Source: Haloferax volcanii DS2 | Lineage (GTDB): Archaea > Halobacteriota > Halobacteria > Halobacteriales > Haloferacaceae | Length of the DNA: 32,000 nucleotides | Assembly (NCBI RefSeq): GCF_000025685.1 | Contig: NC_013967.1 | Span: forward strand, 2,550,001-2,582,000 | Direction of reading: 5' to 3' | Part shown: positions 15,743-24,654 of the stretch, in pieces | Position numbering within the stretch: position 1 is the stretch's first letter | Layout of the letters: each line of letters begins with the position of its first letter | Translations under genes and position numbers: made by a program | The notes under the pieces: model-generated | Databases searched by the model: none | What the model saw: the letters and a program-made list of their open reading frames with translations, nothing else | Told to the model about the DNA's origin: nothing

Positions 15743-15786
15743 CCGTACTCCGCTCGCAACCCGGTCCTCGGCGAGTCGGAGTACGG
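15743..15786. other. long GC-rich hairpin (15 bp, one bulge, 13-nt loop) in the convergent intergenic region
   Basis: CCGTACTCCGCTCGC (15743-15757) pairs with GCGAG-T-CGGAGTACGG (15771-15786). I checked every pair by hand. Confidence 0.7.
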
Positions 15787-15802
15787 TTCGAACGACGGGC
15801 GC

Positions 15803-15841
15803 GAGAGAAAAGAAAGGCCGCGTTGACTATGCTATCGCGGC
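15803..15841 (-). terminator. hairpin + pyrimidine/U-rich tract, candidate purF terminator
   Basis: On the minus strand, GCCGCG-(13 nt loop)-CGCGGC is followed directly by CUUUCUUUUCUCUC, about 75-115 nt downstream of the purF stop. Confidence 0.45.
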
Positions 15842-15867
15842 TCTCGGCGACTGTCTTCTGTGTCGAG

Positions 15868-15912
15868 AGGTCGGTTGGGTCGGACGGGTCGGCAGGTCGG
15901 ACGGGCGTCGGT
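15868..15912. repeat. five GTCGG (minus strand CCGAC) motifs at 8-11 nt spacing
   Basis: GTCGG starts at 15870, 15879, 15888, 15896 and 15907, immediately 3' of the purF stop codon (15918-15920) on the minus strand. Confidence 0.5.
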
Positions 15913-15917
15913 GAGAC

Positions 15918-17399
15918 TCAGTCGCTCAGCGGCGCTTCGGCGCCGACGACGGGGCGGCTCACGTCGCGGTCGGTCTCCTCGCCGTCGATGTCGTAGGGGT
16001 ACTCGCCGGTGACACAGCCGAGACAGAGGTCGCTTTGGGACTTTTCGAGCACTTCGGCCACGGAGTCGATAGAGAGGTAACCGAGGCTGTCGGCGTCGAT
16101 GGTGTCGCGGACCTCCTCGACTGACTTGTCCGAGGCGATGAGTTCCTCGCGGGTGGCCATGTTGATGCCCATGTAACAGGGCGCGACGATGGGCGGCGCG
16201 CCGATGCGCATGTGGACCTCGGTCGCGCCGGCGTCGTACAAGAGTTGCACGAGCTGATTCGAGGTCGTCCCGCGGACGATGCTGTCGTCGATGAGCGTGA
16301 CGGACTTCCCCTCGACGGTGCTCTTGATGGGGTTGAGCTTCAGGCGCACGGCGCGCTCGCGCTCGTCTTGGGTCGGCATGATGAACGTCCGGCCGACGTA
16401 GCGGTTCTTCATCAGCCCCTCGGCGAACTCGGCGGTCGCGTCGTCTTCCTGTGCGGCCTCGGCGTAGCCGGAGGCGAACGCGCGGCCCGAGTCGGGGACG
16501 GGCATGACCACGTCGGTGTCGACGCCGTTTTCGTCCCAGAGCTTCCGGCCGAGTCCCCGGCGGGCCTCGTAGACGAGCGTGTCGTTCATCACGGAGTCCG
16601 GGCGGGCGAAGTAGATGTGCTCGAAAAAGCAGTGGGCCGTGTTGTCGCGTTCGACCAGTTGATACGAGTCGAAGCCGGAGCCGTCGGGTTCGAGGACGAC
16701 GAGTTCGCCCGGCTTCACGTCGCGGACGAGTTCGCCGTCGAGCGTATCGATGGCGGCCGACTCGGAGGCGAGCACGTAGCCGTCGTCGACTTTCCCGATG
16801 CAGAGCGGCCGATTCCCCTCGGGGTCGCGCACCCCGAGGACCGTCTCGTCGTGCATGATGGTGAGCGCGTACGAGCCGTGAATGCGCTCCATCGTTCGCT
16901 TGACGGCGCGGACCAGGTCCTCCTCGAGGAGGTTGCGCGCGAGGTCGTGGGCGATGACCTCGGTGTCGCCGGTGGAGGTGAAGGCGTGACCGAAGTTCTC
17001 CAGTTCGTCGCGGAGTTCGTCGGCGTTGACGAGGTTGCCGTTGTGCGCGAGGCCGAGCGACCCCGACTTGAACGAGACGGCGAACGGCTGGGCGCACGAC
17101 TTCGACACGTCGCCCGCGGTTGGGTAGCGGACGTGGCCGATGCCGGCTTCGCCCTTCAGGCCGTCGAGGTCGTCGGCACCGAACGCGTCGCCGACGAGAC
17201 CCATCTGGACGTGACTGTGCTGTTGGAACCCGTCGTGGGTGACGATGCCTGCGGACTCTTGGCCCCGGTGCTGGAGGGCGTACAGCGAGTAGTAGAGGGG
17301 CCGTGCGGCGTCTCGACCGCCGAGTGCGACGCCGACGACACCGCACTTCTCGGTCAGTCCGCCGATGTGGTGGTGGGAGTCGTCCCGCCCAGTTACCAT
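15918..17399 (-). CDS. purF: amidophosphoribosyltransferase (glutamine-PRPP amidotransferase)
   Basis: A propeptide precedes the nucleophile Cys (…GGLTEKCGVVGV…), followed by YALQHRGQESAGI, the PRTase motif VTLIDDSIVRGTT and C-terminal Cys ligands. Length is 493 aa. Confidence 0.96.
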   Translation of the reverse strand: MVTGRDDSHHHIGGLTEKCGVVGVALGGRDAARPLYYSLYALQHRGQESAGIVTHDGFQQHSHVQMGLVGDAFGADDLDGLKGEAGIGHVRYPTAGDVSKSCAQPFAVSFKSGSLGLAHNGNLVNADELRDELENFGHAFTSTGDTEVIAHDLARNLLEEDLVRAVKRTMERIHGSYALTIMHDETVLGVRDPEGNRPLCIGKVDDGYVLASESAAIDTLDGELVRDVKPGELVVLEPDGSGFDSYQLVERDNTAHCFFEHIYFARPDSVMNDTLVYEARRGLGRKLWDENGVDTDVVMPVPDSGRAFASGYAEAAQEDDATAEFAEGLMKNRYVGRTFIMPTQDERERAVRLKLNPIKSTVEGKSVTLIDDSIVRGTTSNQLVQLLYDAGATEVHMRIGAPPIVAPCYMGINMATREELIASDKSVEEVRDTIDADSLGYLSIDSVAEVLEKSQSDLCLGCVTGEYPYDIDGEETDRDVSRPVVGAEAPLSD

Positions 17400-17776
17400 G
17401 GAAGATGATAGAGAGTCGAGGGGGTAAAAAACCCGTCCTTATGCAGTAACGACGGGGTCTCAAACCGATAAATATCCACGTTAGTGCATATGTTTGCGGA
17501 TCGGGACGGCGACTACGAGCCGGCGCGTAACCCGACGAGAACGGAAGCGACGCACCCGTGGCTGGTCTCGTCGGCCGCGGCGACAGCGTCGGCTCGGGGC
17601 GGTAGCGGTTGTCAGGAAAGTGGTGAGAACTGCACGCAGGTCGGGAGTGGGACGCCGTACTCGGTGCTAGCGAGTGTCACGGGGTCGAAGACGAACCGGG
17701 AGTCAGGAACGCGGGTTCGTTCTCGCCGCAGACGGCGAGAGAGAAGACAGAGACGGTTGGAGACCGTCGAGAGTCG

Positions 17777-17953
17777 TTAGTTGTCGCCGGACTTCGACTG
17801 CCAGGCGTAGCTCCGACGCTTCTTCGACTTACCGAAGCCGCAAGACGAGCAGACCTTCTTCTTCACGTGGTAGGACTTCTCGCCGCAGCGACGGCACTTG
17901 ACGTGCGTCGTCTTGTTCTTCTTTCCTTGGCTGGGGGTTCCTGCACCCGTCAT
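17777..17953 (-). CDS. rpl37e: 50S ribosomal protein L37e
   Basis: This was translated by hand because it is below the 60-aa cutoff of the ORF track: [58 protein letters not shown] (58 aa). It has the C4 zinc ribbon CRRCG…CSSCG typical of L37e. Confidence 0.93.
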
Positions 17954-18180
17954 GCTTTGATGGTGACGACGTTATCGCCGCGTATAATGGTTGTGTCTTG
18001 GACTTGCTCGAGTTCGATATCCCCGGGCACGGTGTCTTCGTCCAGCGCTTCTTCGAGTACGACGTTCATGTGCTGGTCGTAACCAGCGAGGACGCCGAAG
18101 TACGCGTTTCCGTCCTTGAGGAGAACCGTCACCGGCTCGTCGAGTGACGCTTCGAGGACGTCGAGGGGTCGGCCGCTCAT
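17950..18180 (-). CDS. lsm: Sm-like archaeal protein (Lsm/SmAP)
   Basis: The Sm1 motif ([29 protein letters not shown]) and Sm2 motif ([12 protein letters not shown]) are present. Its stop overlaps the rpl37e start by 4 nt (ATGA, 17950-17953), an arrangement described for Haloferax lsm-rpl37e. Confidence 0.93.
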   Translation of the reverse strand: MSGRPLDVLEASLDEPVTVLLKDGNAYFGVLAGYDQHMNVVLEEALDEDTVPGDIELEQVQDTTIIRGDNVVTIKA

Positions 18181-18204
18181 GCATCAAATCCGTCTCGTAG
18201 TTGT

Positions 18205-18211
18205 CTTAAAT
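18205..18211 (-). promoter_or_regulatory. TATA-like box for lsm-rpl37e
   Basis: The minus strand reads 'cATTTAAGa', centred about 28 nt upstream of the lsm ATG (18180). Confidence 0.5.
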
Positions 18212-18560
18212 GTGCCGGACCGACAGTGCGGAGTCGCGTCGAATCCGACCGTCCGGGTCGAAATCGTCGCCGAACGGGGAGAATCCTCGTCTCACGTGAG
18301 ACGTTCTCTCACGACCCCGGGCGTGCGGGCGCGGTGAACCCACGTAGTTTTTAGTACCCCCGTGAGTAGAACTCAGTACCAGAAACCCGCGGGTAAGTGC
18401 GGGCGCGCCCAGTTCGACCGGTTCGGGCCGTCTCGTACGCGGGGTCATTCGACCGACGAGCTGCAAGACGCCGGGGCCGATGGCCCCCAGACACCCGTCT
18501 TTCCGTGAGCACCTTCGCCACATCGTGGCTTTCGATGCTCGGAATATCGAGACACAAACC

Positions 18561-19913
18561 ATGGAAATCGAAATCGCAACCATAGGCGGATACGAAGAAG
18601 TCGGCCGTCAGATGACGGCTGTCCGTGCCGGAGACGACGTCGTCGTCTTCGACATGGGTCTCAACCTGTCGCAGGTCCTCATCCACGACAACGTCGAGAC
18701 CGAAAAGATGCACAGCCTCGACCTCATCGACATGGGCGCTATCCCGGACGACCGGGTCATGAGCGACCTCGAAGGAGACGTGCAGGCCATCGTCCCCACG
18801 CACGGCCACCTCGACCACATCGGTGCCATCTCCAAGCTCGCCCACCGCTACGACGCCCCCGTCGTGGCGACGCCCTTCACCATCGAACTGGTGAAACAGC
18901 AGATCGAAGGCGAGAACAAGTTCAACGTCAACAACGACCTCGTCAAGATGGAAGCCGGCGAGACGATGTCCATCGGCGACTCCGGCAACGTGGAACTCGA
19001 ATTCGTCCACGTCACCCACTCCATCATCGACGCCATCAACCCGGTCGTCCACACGCCCGAGGGCGCTGTCGTCTACGGTCTCGACAAGCGCATGGACCAC
19101 TCGCCGGTCCTCGAAGACCCCATCGACATGAAGCGCTTCCGCGAAATCGGTCGCGAGGGCAACGGCGTGCTCGCGTACATCGAAGACTGTACGAACGCCG
19201 GCCGGAAGGGCCGCACGCCCTCCGAGTCCGTCGCGCGCCGCCACCTCAAAGACGTGATGACCTCCGTCGAGGACTACGACGGCGGCATCGTCGCGACGAC
19301 GTTCTCGTCGCACATCTCCCGGGTCTCCTCGCTCGTCGAGTTCGCCAAGGACATCGGCCGCCAGCCGGTCCTCCTCGGCCGCTCGATGGAGAAGTACTCC
19401 GGCACGGCCGAGCGCCTCGGCTTCGTCGACCTCCCCGACGACCTCGGGATGTACGGCCACCGCAAGTCCGTCGACCGCACCTTCAAGCGAATCATGAAGG
19501 AGGGCAAGGAGAACTACCTGCCCATCGTCACGGGCCACCAGGGCGAGCCGCGCGCGATGCTCACCCGCATGGGCCGCGGCGAGACGCCGTACGAGATTGA
19601 CGACGGCGACAAGGTCATCTTCTCGGCGCGGGTCATCCCGGAGCCGACGAACGAGGGCCAGCGCTACCAGTCCGAACGCCTCCTGCGCATGCAGGGCGCG
19701 CGCATCTACGACGAGATTCACGTCTCCGGCCACCTCCGAGAGGAGGGCCACTACGAGATGCTCCAGGCGCTCCAGCCCCAGCACGTCATCCCGGCTCACC
19801 AGAACCTGAAAGGCTTCGCTCCGTACGTGGACCTCGCGGAGAGTCAGGGCTACGCCCTCGGTCGCGACCTCCACGTCACGCGGAACGGCAACATGATTCA
19901 GCTGGTGGAGTGA
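18561..19913 (+). CDS. rnj: ribonuclease J (metallo-beta-lactamase / beta-CASP family)
   Basis: [21 protein letters not shown]… carries the HxHxDH motif '[12 protein letters not shown]' and later the beta-CASP His '[10 protein letters not shown]'. I chose ATG 18561 (about 450 aa). The in-frame ATG 18480 would add a basic 27-aa extension. Confidence 0.9.
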   Translation: MEIEIATIGGYEEVGRQMTAVRAGDDVVVFDMGLNLSQVLIHDNVETEKMHSLDLIDMGAIPDDRVMSDLEGDVQAIVPTHGHLDHIGAISKLAHRYDAPVVATPFTIELVKQQIEGENKFNVNNDLVKMEAGETMSIGDSGNVELEFVHVTHSIIDAINPVVHTPEGAVVYGLDKRMDHSPVLEDPIDMKRFREIGREGNGVLAYIEDCTNAGRKGRTPSESVARRHLKDVMTSVEDYDGGIVATTFSSHISRVSSLVEFAKDIGRQPVLLGRSMEKYSGTAERLGFVDLPDDLGMYGHRKSVDRTFKRIMKEGKENYLPIVTGHQGEPRAMLTRMGRGETPYEIDDGDKVIFSARVIPEPTNEGQRYQSERLLRMQGARIYDEIHVSGHLREEGHYEMLQALQPQHVIPAHQNLKGFAPYVDLAESQGYALGRDLHVTRNGNMIQLVE

Positions 19914-20959
19914 TGACTCCCGACGCGACCGAAAAGCGGGTGCTCGAGGCGATTCGCGAGCGGCGCGAACTCGTCAACGACGCGCTCGACGAGGACGTAC
20001 CGATGGCCGAGCCCGAACGGCTCTACGAGGCCTCACGGTACCTCCTGAAAGCCGGCGGCAAACGCCTCCGGCCGACCGTCTCCCTCCTGACCGCGGAGTC
20101 CCTCGCGGACGTCGAACCGATGTCGGAGGACTACCGGGCGTTCCCGACGCTCGCGGGCGACCCCATCGACGTGATGGTCGCCGCCGTGAGCATCGAGGTC
20201 ATCCAGTCGTTCACGCTCATCCACGACGACATCATGGACGACGACGACCTCCGTCGCGGCGTCCCGGCGGTCCACAAGGAGTACGACAACTCGACCGCCA
20301 TCCTCGCCGGCGACACGCTGTACGCCAAGGCGTTCGAACTCCTGACGAAGACGGGCGCGGACCCCGCCGACGGCCTCGAAGCCGTCCGCCGACTCGCGAC
20401 CACCTGCACGCAGATTTGCGAGGGGCAGGCGCTCGACATCGAGTTCGAGCGCCGCACCGAGGTGCTCCCCGACGAGTACCTCCAGATGGTCGAACTGAAG
20501 ACGGCGGTGCTCTACGGGACCGCGGCCGCCGTTCCGGCGGTCGTCATGGGCGCCGACGACGAGGTCGTCGAGGCGCTCTACCAGTACGGCATCGCGTCCG
20601 GCAGCGCGTTCCAGATTCAAGACGACGTGCTCGACCTGACCGTGCCGTCCGACCAGCTCGGCAAACAGCGCGGCTCGGACCTCGTGGAGAACAAAGAGAC
20701 CATCATCTCGCTTCACGCGCGCCAGCAGGGCATCGACGTGGACGACCTCGTCGACGCCGAGACGGCCGAGGAACTCACCGAAGACGCCGTCGAGGCCGCC
20801 GTCGCCGAACTGAACGAGGCGGGCAGCATCGACTACGCCCGCGAGATGGCCGAAGACCTCACCGAACAGGCCAAATCGCGGCTCGACGTCCTCCCGGACA
20901 ACGAGGCCCGCGACCTGCTGTGCGACATCGCGGACTACCTCATCACCCGCGGCTACTGA
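19913..20959 (+). CDS. idsA: short-chain (E)-prenyl diphosphate synthase (geranylgeranyl diphosphate synthase type)
   Basis: The first Asp-rich motif is 'LIHDDIMDDDDLRRG' and the second is 'FQIQDDVLD'. ATG 19913 shares its A with the RNase J stop TGA (19911-19913). Confidence 0.9.
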   Translation: MTPDATEKRVLEAIRERRELVNDALDEDVPMAEPERLYEASRYLLKAGGKRLRPTVSLLTAESLADVEPMSEDYRAFPTLAGDPIDVMVAAVSIEVIQSFTLIHDDIMDDDDLRRGVPAVHKEYDNSTAILAGDTLYAKAFELLTKTGADPADGLEAVRRLATTCTQICEGQALDIEFERRTEVLPDEYLQMVELKTAVLYGTAAAVPAVVMGADDEVVEALYQYGIASGSAFQIQDDVLDLTVPSDQLGKQRGSDLVENKETIISLHARQQGIDVDDLVDAETAEELTEDAVEAAVAELNEAGSIDYAREMAEDLTEQAKSRLDVLPDNEARDLLCDIADYLITRGY

Positions 20960-20981
20960 GCGCGCGGCGCACCCCGCGCCC

Positions 20982-21013
20982 ACAGCGAACCGCTGTCGTG
21001 CGGGCTTTTCTTT
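20982..21013 (+). terminator. hairpin + T-rich tract downstream of idsA
   Basis: ACAGCG-AAC-CGCTGT (20982-20996) is followed by gcgggcTTTTCTTTcg (T-rich 21006-21013). Confidence 0.5.
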
Positions 21014-21116
21014 CGACCGTCCGCCACCGAGCCCCGCCGCAACTCATATTCACCCTGAAATGCTAACACGTACCGTACCCCTGCCCGCGCGAGGACCCTT
21101 CCCCGCAATCCGGGCC

Positions 21117-21126
21117 TGTTTTTAGG
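21117..21126 (+). promoter_or_regulatory. TATA-like box for gltX
   Basis: 'tgTTTTTAgg' is centred about 27 nt upstream of ATG 21149. Confidence 0.5.
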
Positions 21127-21148
21127 CGCGCCGCGGAAGCGAACGGTA

Positions 21149-22906
21149 ATGGACGACGAGCTTCGAGAGCGCATCGAGCGAGAGGCCGAGAAGCACGCGC
21201 TTCTCAACGCGGTGAAACACGACAGCGACGCCGACGTGGGCGCGATTATGGGCCCGCTGATGGGCGAGAACCCCGACTTCCGCCAGCACGGCGGCGAGAT
21301 TCCGGGCCTCATCGGCCCCGTCGTCGCCGAGGTCAACCGACTGTCGGCGGGCGAAAAGCGCGAGCGACTCGAAGAGCTCGCGCCCGAGGAACTCGCCGAG
21401 ATGGAAGCCGAGGAGGAGGCGGACGACTCGCTGCTCCCCGACCTTCCGAACGTCGAGGCGTACGACGAGGTCCGCATGCGCGCCGCGCCGAACCCCAACG
21501 GCCCGTGGCACCTCGGCCACGCCCGCATGCCCGCGGTCATCGGGACGTACAAGCAGATGTACGACGGCTCGTTTATCGTTCGGTTCGACGACACCGACCC
21601 GGAGACGAAGCGACCGGACCTGACGGCGTACGACGCCATCCTCGACGACATCGACTACCTCGGGTTCGAGCCCGACGACGTGATTCGCGCCTCCGACCGG
21701 GTGGAGACGTACTACGACTACGCCCGCGAACTCATCGAGATGGGCGGCGCGTACACCTGCTCGTGTTCGGGCGAGGAGTTCTCGAATCTGAAGAACGACG
21801 GGAAGCCCTGTCCGCACCGCGACAAGGACCCCGAGACGACCCGCGAGGAGTTCGAGGACATGGTCGCAGGCGAGTACAGTTCGGGCGAGATGGTTCTCCG
21901 CGTCAAGACCGACATCGAGCACAAGAACCCCGCGCTGCGCGACTGGGTCGCCTTCCGCATGATAGACACGCCGCACCCCCGCGAGGAGGCGGCCGACTAC
22001 CGCGCGTGGCCGATGCTCGACTTCCAGTCCGGCGTCGACGACCACCTCACGGGCGTCACCCACATCATCCGCGGCATCGACCTCCAAGACTCCGCGAAGC
22101 GCCAGCAGTTCGTCTACGACTACTTCGGCTGGGACTACCCCGAGGTCGTCCACTGGGGTCACGTACAGGTCGACGCCTACGACGTGAAGATGTCCACGTC
22201 GAGCATCAAGGAACGCATCGACGCGGGCGAGGTCGAGGGCTGGGACGACCCGCGCGTGCCCACCATCAAGAGCCTCCGCCGCCGCGGCATCCGCGGGCAG
22301 GCCATCGTGGACGCGATGGTCGGCCTCGGCACTTCCACCTCGAACGTCGACCTCTCGATGTCGACCGTCTACGCGAACAACCGCGACCTCGTCGACGACG
22401 ACACGGACCGCTACTTCCTCGTTCGCGACGTCGCCGAGGGAACCTCGGCGGACAGCCAGACTATGTCTGGCCCGTGTGAGGCGTTCGCCGTCGAGGGCGG
22501 CCCCGACAGCGCCCACCCGCCGCTCCACCCGAGTTTCGAGGAGCGCGGCACCCGCGACATCCCCGTCGGCGACAGCGTCCTCCTCGAATCGGGCGACGTG
22601 CCCGCCGAGGGCGAGCGCGTCTGGCTGAAGGGCTTCGGCGCGGTCCGCCGCGAGGGCGACTCGCTCGTCGCCACCGGCGACGACCTCGACGTGGTCCGCG
22701 AGGGCGGCGTCGACGTGATTCACTGGGCACCGACCGACGGCGTCCCGGTCCGCATGCGCACCATGGACGGCGACGTGACGGGCGTCGCTGAACCCGATTT
22801 CGGTGACGTGCCCGAGGACGAACTCGTCCAGTTCGAGCGCGTCGGCTTCGTCCGCGTGGACGACCGCGGCGACGACGAGACGGTCGTCTACTTCGCGCAC
22901 AAGTAG
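21149..22906 (+). CDS. gltX: glutamate--tRNA ligase (archaeal/eukaryal-type GluRS)
   Basis: A HIGH-type motif 'PNPNGPWHLGHARM' and a KMSKS-type motif 'VKMSTSS' are present, with catalytic-core segments FDDTDPE and THIIRGIDL. Length is 585 aa. Confidence 0.95.
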   Translation: MDDELRERIEREAEKHALLNAVKHDSDADVGAIMGPLMGENPDFRQHGGEIPGLIGPVVAEVNRLSAGEKRERLEELAPEELAEMEAEEEADDSLLPDLPNVEAYDEVRMRAAPNPNGPWHLGHARMPAVIGTYKQMYDGSFIVRFDDTDPETKRPDLTAYDAILDDIDYLGFEPDDVIRASDRVETYYDYARELIEMGGAYTCSCSGEEFSNLKNDGKPCPHRDKDPETTREEFEDMVAGEYSSGEMVLRVKTDIEHKNPALRDWVAFRMIDTPHPREEAADYRAWPMLDFQSGVDDHLTGVTHIIRGIDLQDSAKRQQFVYDYFGWDYPEVVHWGHVQVDAYDVKMSTSSIKERIDAGEVEGWDDPRVPTIKSLRRRGIRGQAIVDAMVGLGTSTSNVDLSMSTVYANNRDLVDDDTDRYFLVRDVAEGTSADSQTMSGPCEAFAVEGGPDSAHPPLHPSFEERGTRDIPVGDSVLLESGDVPAEGERVWLKGFGAVRREGDSLVATGDDLDVVREGGVDVIHWAPTDGVPVRMRTMDGDVTGVAEPDFGDVPEDELVQFERVGFVRVDDRGDDETVVYFAHK

Positions 22907-22972
22907 GTCGAGCGACGGACAGTCGCTTTCGACACGAACACTCGTTTTACCCACCCCCGCCTAAGGAGCCGT

Positions 22973-23632
22973 ATGACCCTCCTCGACCTCACCCGCCGCG
23001 TCGAAACAGGGATGCCGACGTACCCCGGCGACCCGCCGGTCGCAGTCGAGTCGCACGCCGACTTCGAGACCGACGGCTATCGCGTCTCGCGGCTCGAACT
23101 CGGAACCCACGCGGGCACGCACGTCGATGCCCCCGCGCACACCGAGCCGGACGGCGCGACGCTCGACGACTTCCCGGCCGACGACCTCCGGTTCACCGCT
23201 CGCGCAATCGACTGTCGAGACGCGGGACCCCGCGGTCGAATCGGCCCGGACGCGATTCCCGAACGCCTCGAACCGCGCGTGGATTTTCTCGTGTTCCGAA
23301 CCGGCTGGGAAGACGAGTGGGGGACCGAACGCATGGCCGACCACCCGGCACTCGAGCCCGAGACGGCGCGCGCCTGCGCGGACCGCGGGCTCTCGGTCGG
23401 TATCGACGCGCTCAGCCCGGACCCGACCGGCGGCGACGGCGTGCCCGCCCACCACGCGATTCTCGGGGCGGGGCTCCTCGTCGTCGAGAACCTTTGCGGG
23501 TTGGACGCGCTCCCGACCGACCGGACGTTCGACCTGTACGTCATGCCGCTTCGGGTGGACGCCGACGGCGCGCCCGCGCGGGTCGTCGCCGACGCGGAGA
23601 CGGGGCTGATTCGGCGGCGAGACGAGCGGTGA
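22973..23632 (+). CDS. cyclase-family protein (kynurenine/aryl formamidase-like)
   Basis: The motif 'ELGTHAGTHVDAPAH' (HxGTHxDxPxH) and an N-terminal 'GMPTYPGDPP' are typical of the putative cyclase family. Confidence 0.85.
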   Translation: MTLLDLTRRVETGMPTYPGDPPVAVESHADFETDGYRVSRLELGTHAGTHVDAPAHTEPDGATLDDFPADDLRFTARAIDCRDAGPRGRIGPDAIPERLEPRVDFLVFRTGWEDEWGTERMADHPALEPETARACADRGLSVGIDALSPDPTGGDGVPAHHAILGAGLLVVENLCGLDALPTDRTFDLYVMPLRVDADGAPARVVADAETGLIRRRDER

Positions 23633-23662
23633 GTCGGTGGGAACCCGAAAACCGGCCTGCGC

Positions 23663-24142
23663 TCAGAGCACCACGGTCAGGACGAACCCGACGAGCATCG
23701 AGAACGTCAACAGCGCCTGCACCGCCGCGGTGGCGAGGACGCCGACGGTGGCGACGAGGGCGCGCCGACCGCTCTCTTCCGCGTCCTGATGGTCGACGTA
23801 TTCGAGGGCGAAGACGGTGCCAGCGACGCCGACGAAGATGCCGAGCGGGCCGATGAGGAACATGAGCAGGAAGCCGACGACGCCGGCGACAATCGAGGTT
23901 CGGGTCGACGCGCCGCCGAACCGCGCGGCGACCATCCCGCCGGCGTAGTCGGTGACGAGCGCGACGAGGCCGACGAGAGTGAGCCCGACGAACGCGATGG
24001 GACCGGGCTCCGAGAAGCCGGTCGACACCCAGTAGACGACCACGCCGACTACGGACAGGAGCGCACCGGGAAGCAGCGGGAGTACGCTCCCGACGACGCC
24101 GAGGACCAAGAGGGCGAGCGCGACCCAGAGGAACACGTCCAT
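23663..24142 (-). CDS. DUF456-like integral membrane protein
   Basis: This is a 159-aa protein with 4 hydrophobic helices. The N-terminus MDVFLWVALALLVLGVVGSVLPLLPGALLS resembles the DUF456 'LPxLPG' signature. Confidence 0.68.
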   Translation of the reverse strand: MDVFLWVALALLVLGVVGSVLPLLPGALLSVVGVVVYWVSTGFSEPGPIAFVGLTLVGLVALVTDYAGGMVAARFGGASTRTSIVAGVVGFLLMFLIGPLGIFVGVAGTVFALEYVDHQDAEESGRRALVATVGVLATAAVQALLTFSMLVGFVLTVVL

Positions 24143-24252
24143 ACCGGGGTGGTTCGGGCCGGGGGCTATTCACCCCACCGAGTGGGCGCTGCGTGGCCTC
24201 GTCTCCGCCGCGGCGCGGGTCGTGGAACTGATTCGCGCGTCGCGTCGCCTGA

Positions 24253-24639
<387 letters not shown>

Positions 24640-24654
24640 GGGAAGAAACCCCGA

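Noticed and set aside
15784-15796. T-loop-like 'GGTTCGAAC', suggesting a second tRNA in the DUF420/purF spacer.
   Set aside because: The flanking bases do not form a T-stem, and no acceptor or anticodon arms can be built. The sequence is the 3' arm and flank of the long hairpin.
17613-17623. 'caggaaagtgg', resembling the RNase P RNA CR-I motif (GAGGAAAGUCC), in the rpl37e-purF spacer.
   Set aside because: The match is imperfect, the other conserved RNase P regions are not evident, and the spacer (377 nt including promoter elements) is too short for a haloarchaeal RNase P RNA.
18288-18303. CGTCTC-ACGT-GAGACG read as two convergent BsmBI/Esp3I sites, i.e. a possible cloning scar or engineered insertion.
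   Set aside because: There is no other vector-like sequence around it, its composition matches the surrounding genome, and a single 16-bp palindrome is within chance expectation for 32 kb.
21122-22954. 610-aa ORF exactly antisense to gltX. Similar long antisense ORFs lie opposite rtcB (7838..9091), RNase J (18351..19874), etfA (25732..27141), purF (16212..17408) and the ACAD gene (11573..12796).
   Set aside because: These are typical stop-codon-poor shadow ORFs of high-GC genomes. Their products are Arg/Gly/Val/Asp-rich with no recognisable motifs, the GC3 bias belongs to the sense gene, and each sense gene is an unmistakable conserved enzyme.
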